NCBI GenBank assembly: GCA_002256025.1
Contig: NKIB01000067.1
Coordinates: 1-35,527, forward strand
DNA from: Asterionella formosa
Lineage: Eukaryota
Direction: 5' to 3'
Length of the DNA stretch: 35,527 nucleotides
Part shown: in pieces, positions 11,528-23,003 of the stretch
How positions within the stretch are numbered: the first letter of the stretch is position 1
Layout: each line of letters starts with the position of its first letter
Notes under the pieces: model-generated
Databases searched by the model: none
Seen by the model: the letters and a program-made list of their open reading frames with translations, nothing else
Told to the model about the DNA's origin: nothing
Position numbers and translations under genes: made by a program

Positions 11528-12734
11528 TCAGCAGTAGCAGTTGTAGCAAAAGAAAGAATAGCAACGGGGGTTGTCGAATCTTGTAATTAGAGCTTGCCTC
11601 CTCATTTGTGGAACTGGCAAATCACCTGAGTGTCTGTAGAAAAGCACCATTAATTTCAATTCTGCCATTCTGTTCTGTTCCTTCAATGTAAGTAGTANNN
11701 NNNNNNNNNNNNNNNNNNNNNNNNNNNNNNNNNNNNNNNNNNNNNNNNNNNNNNNNNNNNNNNNNNNNNNNNNNNNNNNNNNNNNNNNNNNNNNNNNNNN
11801 NNNNNNNNNNNNNNNNNNNNNNNNNNNNNNNNNNNNNNNNNNNNNNNNNNNNNNNNNNNNNNNNNNNNNNNNNNNNNNNNNNNNNNNNNNNNNNNNNNNN
11901 NNNNNNNNNNNNNNNNNNNNNNNNNNNNNNNNNNNNNNNNNNNNNNNNNNNNNNNNNNNNNNNNNNNNNNNNNNNNNNNNNNNNNNNNNNNNNNNNNNNN
12001 NNNNNNNNNNNNNNNNNNNNNNNNNNNNNNNNNNNNNNNNNNNNNNNNNNNNNNNNNNNNNNNNNNNNNNNNNNNNNNNNNNNNNNNNNNNNNNNNNNNN
12101 NNNNNNNNNNNNNNNNNNNNNNNNNNNNNNNNNNNNNNNNNNNNNNNNNNNNNNNNNNNNNNNNNNNNNNNNNNNNNNNNNNNNNNNNNNTCCCGAACTT
12201 CCCCAGGTAAGTACACCATGCATTGTCTCCAGTTTCATATGCTGCCAGAAGTGCCTATGATTGTTAACTGACTATGATAATGCTCACTCACACCTTCATT
12301 GTTGAAATCCTCTTCCTCCTTGGTAACTTCAAATGAAATATGAATGAGGTTGCTGGGAAATAACAAGGCGAAGCTGCCATCAGCATTCAAGAAAAATGGT
12401 TCAGTAGGGCCACAAAGGTCAGGTGTCAATGGAGACATGGTTGCAGTTTATAGTTGAATTAGGGACAAACTAGAAGTAGTAGTTTACTTAACTTCTAGTT
12501 TATCACTTGATTTTAATTCATTCTTCACTTGTTTAACAGATATCCAAAGGGAAATGTGTTGTCCCAGAAATAGCACCAAAAGGCATTTTTCCACCATTGT
12601 TAGCCTTCTTAACTTCTAGCTTGGCTCTCCATAATCACATTGTTAAGACAAAGCTTAATGTTGACCAGCTCTTCAACAGTCAACTTCTTTCGAGGCGAGG
12701 CTTTGCCTTGTTGTCGAGATGCTTTCCAGGTCAT
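11528..12734 (-). pseudogene. Probable decayed DNA-transposon ORF (pogo/DDE-1-like ends), spanning a gap
   Basis: Frameshifted N-terminus MTWKASRQQGKASPRKKLTVEELVN...KLEVKKANNGGKMPFGAIS and C-terminus MAELKLMVLFYRHSGDLPVPQMRRQALITRF resemble transposase ends from memory. The catalytic core is not visible. Confidence 0.3.
11698..12190. other. Assembly gap
   Basis: Run of N. Confidence 1.
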
Positions 12735-13564
12735 GATGATTGCTATTGTGATGGGTGATGGGTGATTGTTGTGTTTGCATTTAAATTTTGTACTAATAAT
12801 TCGGGCGCGCCAGGAATTCCTAATTGACGTTTTCCATAAATGAATTTATCTCTTTATTGGTATGGCGCACGAGCGAAAGCGTAATAATGTTGTAGCATAT
12901 TAGATAAATTTTGGGGGATACTAAACTACTTTTCTAGCTGAGGAATATTCTCATAACTGCATACATATATAAAAGGTGATGCTTGCTCATGTTAGTAAAC
13001 GTAAAAATATCAATTTTTCGCAATTGAGTTCAACCCGTGTGTTTACTCTGTTTAGCGGTCGTGGCCTTTTAGTTTAAAAGTCGCCATAGTGATGACTTAA
13101 CAGTTTTTAAGTGTACCATCAAACACGACAAACGAGATGACAAGGATGACAAGAACGATGACAAAGACAATTCAGGTGATGTGCGATGACGTAGTATTTA
13201 TGGTGTGTGACCTTGTGTTGTTCCCTAAATGTACTAGCTTTACCGTGTGGCTGGAATCATGTGGTGCAGGGTACTACCTAAGGTAGCCCCCATATGTCCT
13301 GCTGTTTCGTCTGGAGAATACTGCATCATGATATCTCAACTTTGACCATGACGAAAATATCGAAAATCGCCATGATGATTTCCTGAATGGTACTAATACA
13401 AGTGTGTAAAAATAATTGTAATATCACTTCTATTGAGAACCAAAATTGAAGTCGCCAATGGCTCATCTTTTTCATGTAATTTATTAGACGAGGTACACAA
13501 TAAAAGGTGATGATGATTTGAGCAGATTTGACACTTTCACAGTGACAGTAGCTGCACAACCAAC

Positions 13565-14013
13565 ATATTGGTTGGTGGGATATTTTGGACCGATTCTCAT
13601 CATTGTTTTATCTTGTGGTATTTGTTGTTAAACAGAGGATGGAAGTCACATGGAATTCGAAATGGAGACACTGAATGATGATGCCATCCCCATGGAGACT
13701 GTATCCGATTCTCCCGATCCTGCTCATCATGGTTTTATGACGTGGTTGTATTTATTGTGAAACAGAGGGTAGTCTTCCGGATTCGAATGGAGACACTGAG
13801 TTGTATTTCTAGTATGAACTGGCAGTCATGAGACATGGTAGATTGCATAATGCAAGGAGTGCACGTTATTCATGACCACATGAACATGTGGGTAATGTGC
13901 CCTCTGATGGGAAGTAGCAATCTAGCTGATTACATATTGGATTTTGCCCTCACATAGCTATCATTCTCTATATATTCTCGTCGTCATTTAGGATGCCGAT
14001 GTACAAAGTTGGT
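13565..14013 (+). pseudogene. 5'-truncated, decayed copy of the 3-TM family (last TM, tail and 3' flank), with the tail partly duplicated
   Basis: Translates YWLVGYFGPILIIVLSCGICC*TEDGSHMEFEMETLNDDAIPMETV. A second ctcatcatggtttta...ttcgaatggagacactga follows. The 3' flank matches 10860-11100 (gagttgtatt..ctagtat..aactggc, tttaggatgcc.atgtacaaag.tggt). Confidence 0.8.
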
Positions 14014-14479
14014 CACAATATTCTCCTCTTTGACGTTTGCGGTTCACCATTTTCCCTATCAAAGAATCTTTCAATACTTAGCACTCTCCGTCTCTAGCAT
14101 CATTCTGGAAAATTATTCTAGTTTACAAAAACCTAGAGGGGAGGACCATTAACTCACCAGTGCCAGAATATGGCATTTACAGCACACATAATTTCCCCTT
14201 CTCTCATTCGAGAGAGTGTGCGTATCCACCCTTTCCCCGCCTTGCAGCACCCAAAGTCACCACATTTGTTGGGTTGATACTGGGTTGGTTAAGATTTTTA
14301 TACAACCTAGGCTGTTAATGCCAGGAAGCGCCATGCGGGCTACCCTACTAACACTTGAGTAGTCTTAAGGCGCTTAATAAATGAAGTTAACTATACTAGA
14401 AGAAAAAACATATACATACAATCCTCACACCACTTGCATGCCGGTACTACTGACATAGACAGGACTGTCTAATATGATA

Positions 14480-15028
14480 NNNNNNNNNNNNNNNNNNNNN
14501 NNNNNNNNNNNNNNNNNNNNNNNNNNNNNNNNNNNNNNNNNNNNNNNNNNNNNNNNNNNNNNNNNNNNNNNNNNNNNNNNNNNNNNNNNNNNNNNNNNNN
14601 NNNNNNNNNNNNNNNNNNNNNNNNNNNNNNNNNNNNNNNNNNNNNNNNNNNNNNNNNNNNNNNNNNNNNNNNNNNNNNNNNNNNNNNNNNNNNNNNNNNN
14701 NNNNNNNNNNNNNNNNNNNNNNNNNNNNNNNNNNNNNNNNNNNNNNNNNNNNNNNNNNNNNNNNNNNNNNNNNNNNNNNNNNNNNNNNNNNNNNNNNNNN
14801 NNNNNNNNNNNNNNNNNNNNNNNNNNNNNNNNNNNNNNNNNNNNNNNNNNNNNNNNNNNNNNNNNNNNNNNNNNNNNNNNNNNNNNNNNNNNNNNNNNNN
14901 NNNNNNNNNNNNNNNNNNNNNNNNNNNNNNNNNNNNNNNNNNNNNNNNNNNNNNNNNNNNNNNNNNNNNNNNNNNNNNNNNNNNNNNNNNNNNNNNNNNN
15001 NNNNNNNNNNNNNNNNNNNNNNNNNNNN
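14480..15028. other. Assembly gap
   Basis: Run of N. Confidence 1.
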
Positions 15029-15874
15029 CAGGGTTTCGTGTCTTTGTTGATCCAATGGTCCATCCTCATTTGGTGGCACTGGTTCTTGCACTAATTGTTC
15101 TTGCTGTTCTAATTGCTCCACCATTTCATATTCCAAATCATCATGACGACACACGCTCCACCAACACACTGCACAAATAATTAATGGTACTCCCACACCA
15201 ACCAACCAATATGGAATACACTGTCCTGTATGAAATGCAGCACATTTTGGAAGGTCATGTTCCCCAAAGAATAATAAAAATCCCACAGCACACATAATGT
15301 AAAGTGTCCCAAGGTAAATGGCCCAATTGCCTGGTTCTACAACCCAATTCAGGGGAGATGCCAATCCTCGAGTTGCTTGTGGACAAAAGACCATGGCAAT
15401 ATAGCCATCCTGAATGGCAGAATGAAAATCTTCTAATGTGACTGGATACTCATTGGTAACGACACCATTCCTTCTCTCGGCGTTATTTCTGTTTAATAGT
15501 GTTGTTGTTGTTGTTGCTGTTGTTGTTGTGTTATCATTATGATCTTCTACCAACCTGTAGACCGGAAACTCGACAGTGATATAGTATCTATATTGATGAA
15601 CCCCATTGACAGTCAATTGTTCATCTTCAATTCTTGATGATTGGACAATCCCAATAGATTGAACTCCATTTTGTAATTGTCGAATCCGATTCATTCGTCT
15701 AAAGTGAGAAATGACACCAGAAAAACAAAGTAGACCCAACGTGATGAAAAATATAGGAATAACGACAACGTCCCACCCCAATATTCGTTCTCCTTCTGAT
15801 TGTTGAAATGATGAGTAGGACGTGGTAATAGTAGTGGTGCTGACACCATTGGTCGCATGGCTCATTGTTGTCAT
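15029..15874 (-). CDS. Hypothetical 3-TM membrane protein, divergent family copy C (3' end lost in gap)
   Basis: Shares motifs with copies A and B: IPIF, RMNRIRQL..GV..IGIVQSSR, QYRYYITVEFPVY, IAMVFCP....GLASP, LPKCAAFHTGQCIPYWLVG, DLEYEM. First plausible ATG at 15874. Confidence 0.8.
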
Positions 15875-16599
15875 TAATGGTAGATTTTCTCCTTTACACA
15901 AACATGCACACAAACAGAGAGAAACAAATACACACTGTCATGAACAGATGCAGTGTATCGATGTTTATTGATTGTCTTGTTGCTATGATTATTATTTTAT
16001 TGTTATTTTTTTTTTTTTCGTTGATAAAAACAAATATCGGTCGTAATTAAGTAAAAGGGGGGTTGGAACATTGAAACAAGAGCAAAGACGAGGCGTTTTG
16101 CTTGCTTGCTTGCTTGCTTTGGTTATTATGCACAGGCATGATTAGCGATTCTCCTCTAGCAAAACACGCACACTGCTTAAGTACAGGCTTGAGTACGTAC
16201 AGGTACGACCTGGTACCTTGTGGTAACGAGCGACGAGCTATTACATCAAACAGTACGAATGGACAGCAGTAAATGCAGGAGTGCAATGTACGCCCATGTT
16301 CCGCAGTACTTAATAGTAGGCAGTACCTGGTGTAGATAGCAAGTACAGTACAGTACCCTGGTACTGACGAAACTACAAATGTTCCTCATACATACGTACA
16401 AAAAGGTAATCGCAACTGGAATATGGTATGATCAGGTATTGGACTACCAGTGAATACATACGCAGATAGTACTCCGTACATATTTTATGTCTTGTTGGTT
16501 TTGTAGAAATACCGGAAAGCAAAATGATTACCGAGGAGCACGCGATGATTTTGATATCCTCCTCTCGTTTCGTCGCTCGTCATGGTTGCGTTGCTGTCC

Positions 16600-16790
16600 A
16601 TACTACCGGTACCGGTAGATAGGAGTGCATAGACTACTACCGGTACTACCTGGTACCTGGTACCTGGTACCAGGGACCTGGTACAAGGTACCAGGGACCA
16701 GGGTACCTAAAACAATGTACGGTAATAATGAACCAAGGTACTTGTACATGATTTTCATATGGTGTACGGTACCGGGGTACCAGTACTCCC
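16600..16790. repeat. Cluster of stacked TACCGGTA / TACCWGGTA palindromes
   Basis: tactaccggtaccggta...taccggtactacctggtacctggtacctggtaccagggacctggtacaaggtaccagggaccagggtacc. Confidence 0.85.
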
Positions 16791-17018
16791 TGATACTGTA
16801 CTCTGGTATTGGCTACATTCACCATACATATACATAAAATACGTTGCGTTGCTTTTTATATCATAGGCGCCTCGTCTCTCCTCCGCCGATCGATCCCTCA
16901 CTACCACGGTGAGTACCTGGTGCCTGGTTACCAACTCTCTAACTCCCTCTCAACTCACAACTCCTGAAAGAACGCCGTCCTCCCCACCCCACCTCCCATC
17001 TGTCCATCAAAAGTAAAC

Positions 17019-18845
17019 ATGTTGTTTCGCACGGCATGGACTCATCATGGACGTACCATTGGTGCTGCCATGATGGCTAGTAGTGCTGTCGCAACAGTAA
17101 GTGGTATTGATGATGTATTGGAACTCCCATCATGACTGAATCGATTGGTTTCATTGTACATGTATCCAATCACACTCACTCACTTATCCATCTTTCATCC
17201 ATTCATCCATCTATATTGCACTTTATTATAGGCTGCTGCAATGTGGACAAGTTCATCTGCAGAATCGACGACTGGTACTACAACTACTACTTGTGATGCT
17301 CCAACTGTCATGAGCTTATTACAAGAGTTGACAAACAAGGTACGACAAACCTTTTTATATTGATTATACTCAAATACTAAACTATACTTTATTTTTTATG
17401 CATTCATCCATGATATTTTGCATTCATCCCGATTCACACTTTGCATTCACCCCCAAATTGATGTTGACACTTTTATACAGGTCACTGCATTAGAACGTAC
17501 CATTGGTACCATGTCTACAACAACTACTACTACTTCATTGACAAAACCTGGTATTGATGTTGTCTTGGGGGCTCAATGGGGCGATGAAGGCAAGGGCAAA
17601 TTGGTAGATGTGTTGAGTCAGCATTATGATGTTTGTGCTCGTGTTGCTGGTGGATCAAATGCTGGACATACCATTGTTGTGGATTCCAAGAAATATAAAT
17701 TTCATTTATTACCATCTGGCATCCTAAACAAGGCTGCCACATGTGTTATTGGGAATGGCGTTGTTGTACACTTGCCATCATTTTTGAAAGAATTGACCAG
17801 TTTGACAGAAAATGGGATTGATTACAAAGGACGTGTCTTGTTGTCAGATCGGGCACATATTGTGTTTGATTTTCATCAAGATGTTGATGGACAGAATGAA
17901 CAAACCCTTGGACGGCATAAATTGGGAACCACCAAGAAAGGAATCGGACCAGCGTATGCGTCCAAAATTTCGAGAAATGGACTCCGTGTGGGTGACTTGC
18001 AAGATTGGCCCACCTTTGAACGTAGATTTAGGGATTTGGCAGCATACCATATGGCATCTCATAAAGGATTAGTGATTGATGTGGAGCAACAGTTGGAGTA
18101 CTACAAAAGCATTGCGGACCTTATTGCTACCATGACTGTTGATACCATTGATTATACCAACAAGGCATTTAAGGATGGCAAACGAATTTTGGTGGAGGGT
18201 GCCAATGCAACCATGTTGGATATTGATTTTGGTACATACCCCTTTGTCACATCGTCCAATCCCTCTGTGGGGTCTGTCTTGACGGGATTGGGGGTGAGTC
18301 CCAACAAATTACGTGGCATTTATGGGACTGTCAAGGCCTACTGTACTCGAGTTGGTGAAGGTCCCTTCCCTACTGAATTGGACCATGCTACTGGAGTAGG
18401 ATATCATTTAGGGACTGTTGGAGCCGAGTACGGAACCACCACTGGCCGACCTCGCCGTTGTGGGTGGTTGGACGTGCCACAGATGCAATACTCTGTCTTG
18501 ATCAATGGCTTTACAGCCCTTAATTTGACCAAGGTTGATGTCTTGACAGGATTGGAAGAAATTCAAGTGGCCAAGGCATACAAGTACAATGGTGAATACC
18601 TATCCACCATGCCAGCATCACTTCAAGTGTTGTCGAATGTGGAAGTTGAATATGAGACCATGGCAGGATGGAAGGAAGATATATCAGGATGCAAGACATT
18701 TGAAGAGTTGCCATTGAATTGTCAAAAGTACATTTTGCGTGTGCAAGAGTTGATTGGAGTTCCAATTCGTTGGATTGGAGTGGGACCGAACAGGACGGAT
18801 CAGATTGATCGAGGTGAAGGATGGGACAACAAGGATCAAGTGTAG
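17019..18845 (+). CDS. ADSS: Adenylosuccinate synthetase (PurA family), 3 exons
   Basis: Signature motifs GAQWGDEGKGK, GGSNAGHT, GTTKKGIGPAY, EGANATMLDIDFGTYPFVTSS and EYGTTTGRPRRCGW. Proposed exons 17019-17096, 17232-17339 and 17481-18845. Both introns are GT..AG and phase 0, so the frame is preserved. Confidence 0.97.
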
Positions 18846-19347
18846 TTTGTCAGATTGCACACACATTGAATAAGGTTTTTTGCAGAAAATAGTCATCTCG
18901 AGTGGAGGAGTGATTGAGCAAGCGAGCATAGTTAGTATAGCAGAAGGAATGGGATGGGATAGTACTAGACAAGCAGTGGCATCATCATCTTGTTTGCTTA
19001 AAAGATAGATACGGAAAAGTACTGGTAGTCGCCTTTGTTGATGAATACAAACACTGGAGTATATATATGTGTGTGTGTATGTCTCCTGAACGACAAAGTA
19101 TATCCATCTAACTGGCAACACCCGCTGGGCTTGCATATGATATTGGCTTGTTCATAAATTGTGACCTGGTAGTACAATCAAGAATAGATTAATTATCCAT
19201 TGATTGCATCATGTATGAACCTGTAGTACATTATTTTTGTTCCCCTACAATCAAATCTGATATTCCTACTTGATGTTACATGTATCTCTAATAATTGCTT
19301 TAAGTCTCTAGTATATCTAGTATCCCTCTTGTGATGGATGTCAATGA

Positions 19348-19375
<28 letters not shown>
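19348..19375. repeat. (GT)n microsatellite
   Basis: About 14 GT units. Confidence 0.95.
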
Positions 19376-19378
<3 letters not shown>

Positions 19379-19436
19379 CACGTATGGTTTGTGTTGTTCG
19401 TCGTCGTTTCCTTCATTTCGCAATTCATTCATTCAT

Positions 19437-19685
19437 TCATTCAATAATCGTTGGCAAGGATGGAGCTCGACTCCTTTGTCTCATTGGAGTTGCAGTCTCA
19501 CTGCAGCAACAGGCATAATCCACCCATCCTTCAGAAGCAGTATTAGTAGTATTGCGGCGTAACAACGATACTACTGCTGAAGAAGAGGAAAAAAGGAATA
19601 CCATGGCCATGCAAACCAAAAGAAACAGAGCTCGAGTCGCAAGGACATTGTCGTCCAAATCAGAATTGATCAATGTTGTCGACAT
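19437..19685 (-). CDS. Possible small single-TM protein (82 aa)
   Basis: ATG ORF with one hydrophobic segment (ALFLLVCMAMVFLFSSSSAVVSLL) and a Cys cluster. It is flanked by microsatellites and convergent with ADSS. No family recognised. Confidence 0.3.
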   Translation of the reverse strand: MSTTLINSDLDDNVLATRALFLLVCMAMVFLFSSSSAVVSLLRRNTTNTASEGWVDYACCCSETATPMRQRSRAPSLPTIIE

Positions 19686-20769
19686 CTTTCTCCAATCAAA
19701 GTAAGGTTGTCACACACACACACGCACATACACACACTCTCTCTCTCACTGGCTTGCTTGCTTGAGGATCAATGCAATCCGCAAATAGGTCGACCAGAGA
19801 AGACTACCGGTAATAGATGGAGTTGTGTTGATGTCAGTGTACGAACGTTTGTTCTTGTCAAAATATTTTCGAGTATTTTCTTACTTTCTATTCGTTACCG
19901 GAACATGAACTAGACTACCGGTACCGGTACCAATCGGAGTACAGGTACCGCTATCTGCCTATTACAGCTATACTGGAGTATTGTTTGTTCTATCCCCTGC
20001 GCCTTTCAAAAAAAGAATCCTAATAATTATTCCTACATAAACATACCATCCAACAAAGGATTCTGTTCTGTCCAACCTCCTCATTGACTCCAGGTATGGT
20101 ACATACGTACATACAAATATCATGACAATCCAACCAGGTACCGGTACACATACTGGCATATAGACTACGGTAGACAACCTTGTTGTACAGCAGAAGTACA
20201 TAGTATTTATTAGTAGATGCACCGTCCTGCCTTTACATTACTGGTATGGTTGTTATGATGATCGTCACATCACCACATCGACGTCGCTCACCAACATCCA
20301 GACGACATGAGTACACGTACGTTCTGGTCAATGTATGTAGACAACCGGTACGCGCACGTTTCGGTAAAAATGAAATTTAGTTAGGAGGTTTTCCTGGTAG
20401 GAAGAACCGTCTTCTGCAGCAACTCAGCGGAATATTGTATTATTTTAGCTAAAAGTCACGAGAATTGTGGACTCGATTGTAACCCAGCAAATCGAATCGT
20501 GCATTGCCACGACCACAATCAGCTACCGGTACCATACTACCTGGTACTCTAGGAATTCAAAAGAATCATATGTGTATCTCCAAAAATAGTCCAGACATGA
20601 TCCCTTGAGCCTATTTGTAACGGTACCAGGTACCAGGTTCCAGAGGTACCATGGGATTTATTTCAAACTGCAACATAATATCGCTAACGGTATATACTCA
20701 AACGACGATGACAAAACCACCCCATAGTCTACATTCTTTGAGAATAAAACAAACTACACTGTCAGAAAC

Positions 20770-23003
20770 ATGAAAGTCCAGTCCTTCATTTGCCTTTCGA
20801 GCATTTTTCTCTGGCAGGAGGCCTCTGCTTTTTACTTTTCAGGAGGGGAGCCTCAACAATCCTTTGCCAGCGGCGATGTGTAAGTCCCTTCTTGTTGTAC
20901 GTAGAAAATCCAGTACTGGTCCTACGCGAAATCGTTGTTGAATCGTGCCTAGAGCACCAGCCATCAAGAAGCAGAATTGTCAATACAAGGCCATGACAAT
21001 GACGATGATCTACTGTACCGGTACTCCCCTCACGCACCGCACTCCCTCCCTCATGAACTCACATCAGTGTCAAGCTCAAGGTGAACAAAATGACGTCGGC
21101 CAAGACGCTCATGTCTGTGGATTACTACCGGCTCCCCTTTTGTCAGCCGGAAGGAGGACCCGAAATGGACCATGAAAGTCTTGGTGAATATTTGGCAGTT
21201 GATCGTATTGAATCCTCCCCCTACCGTCTTCAAATGAAGAAAGAAATGTACTGTGAGCAGGTCTGTTTCACCAACCTTGGACGCGGAGAGCACCATGCAG
21301 TCAGACCCAATAAGGTCGTTCAGGCCATTCGGAAGAATTATCACAACAACTGGATCGTTGACAACCTTTCGTCAGTATTCAAGGTGGAAGACCCTGAGAC
21401 TATCAAAACCAGATACTGGGGAGGATTTCCAGTGGGATACGTTGATGAGAACGACCAGAAGGCATACATCAATAACCACGTTAACATTGAAATCATGTAC
21501 CATCCGGTGGAAACGGAAGTGGACGAATTCCGTGTAGTTAGATTTACAGTGGAGCCTTTTTCCATACAGCACTCCTTTGAGCCATTGCAAGACAACGACG
21601 ATGATACCAACGACGATGATACCAACGAGGAAGGAAAGGGGACAAAGGTAGCGAAATTCATCAAACCCATTATGTCATGTGCTGCAGGCAATCAGAACTT
21701 ACACACCAATTACTATATGGTCGAAGCGGCAGGACCTCAATTGGCATCAGGAAAGGTGCTATTCACGTACGATGTCATTTGGAAGGAAAACAAGGAATTG
21801 AAATGGACCAACCGATGGGACATTTACTTGAGTATGGACAATGCCATCCCTGCCAAGGTGCACTGGTTGTCCATTGCCAACTCATTGGTCATTGTCGGTG
21901 TCTTATCGGCCATGATTGCGGCGATTCTGGTACGCAACCTACGATGCAACTCTTCCAAATACAGTCGTTTGGGGACTGATGTAGAAAACGCGGAAGACTT
22001 GAAAGAATTTGGATGGAAATCGGTTCATGCCGATGTATTCCGTCCTCCTTCCTTTTCTCCACTCTTGTTGTCCTGTGCCTGCGGAACAGGAGCTCAAATT
22101 CTGGCCATGAGCTTTCTTACAATAATCTTTTCGATCATGGGATTCTTGTCACCATCCAATCGTGGAGCACTTCTCATGGCAGTGTTGCTTCTATATGTCA
22201 CCATGGGAGGGATTGCTGGATACGTTGCTGCTCGCCTCTACAAGACATTCAATGGCAAGTCCTGGCAACAAGCCACTGCATTGACAGCATTTGGATTTCC
22301 CGGAATTTGCTTTCTTTTCTTTGTTTTACTTGATCATTTGGCTGTGACACTAGGATCAAGAGATGCTGCCCCTTTCGAAGCCATGGTCACGCTCTTGGTC
22401 CTATGGTTTGGAATCTCTACTCCACTTGTCTTTTTCGGAGCCTCCATCGGATACAAGCAGGATGCCATTGAGTTTCCAGTCAATACTTCATCTATTCCTC
22501 GTCAGATTCCTGACCAGCCTTGGTTTTTGAGAATTCCCTTTCCTCTTGTCATTGGGGGGATGTTGCCCTTTGCAGCATGCTATTTTGAGGTGTTCTTTAT
22601 TTTGGCATCCGTATGGGAGGGCCAGTACTATCATGTCTTTGGATTTTTGCTTCTGGTATTTTTCATTCTCTTGCTGACAAGTGCTGAAATCACTATTTTG
22701 ATCTGTTACTGGCAGTTGTGTCAAGAGAATTATCATTGGTGGTGGAGATCCTTTTGCACAGCAGGAAGTATTGCATTGTATATTTTTTTTTATTCCTTCA
22801 TGTTTTTCAGAGAACAACTTGAGACCAATGAATTTGCCACATATATGTTGTTCTTTGGATACATGGGATTGGTGTCCTTGGGACTTTTCATGATGATGGG
22901 CTTTGTTGGTGTGGCCAGTTTGTTGTGGTTTAATAAAACCATTTTTCGCTCCATGAAGATTATCAAGAATGAAGAATACAATATTCTTCAAGAGGAGGCT
23001 TGA
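20770..23003 (+). CDS. TM9SF: Transmembrane 9 superfamily protein (nonaspanin/EMP70), 2 exons
   Basis: Exon 1 20770-20879 encodes signal peptide MKVQSFICLSSIFLWQEASAFY. The intron is 20880-21067 (gtaagt...ctcacatcag). Exon 2 has YYRLPFC, WIVDNL, VHWLSIANS, GWKSVHADVFRPP, RQIP and ENYHWWWRSF, plus nine C-terminal hydrophobic segments. Confidence 0.95.

Noticed and set aside
9344..15094. Long X-filled ORFs across the N gaps
   Set aside because: Artefacts of translating N runs.
16625..16837. PGTWY-repeat ORFs (also 29933, 30258, 34483)
   Set aside because: Translations of the TACCWGGTA palindrome clusters, not proteins.
21593..21627. 15-bp tandem duplication (NDDDT x2) in the TM9SF luminal domain
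   Set aside because: Ordinary in-frame slippage in a variable acidic loop.
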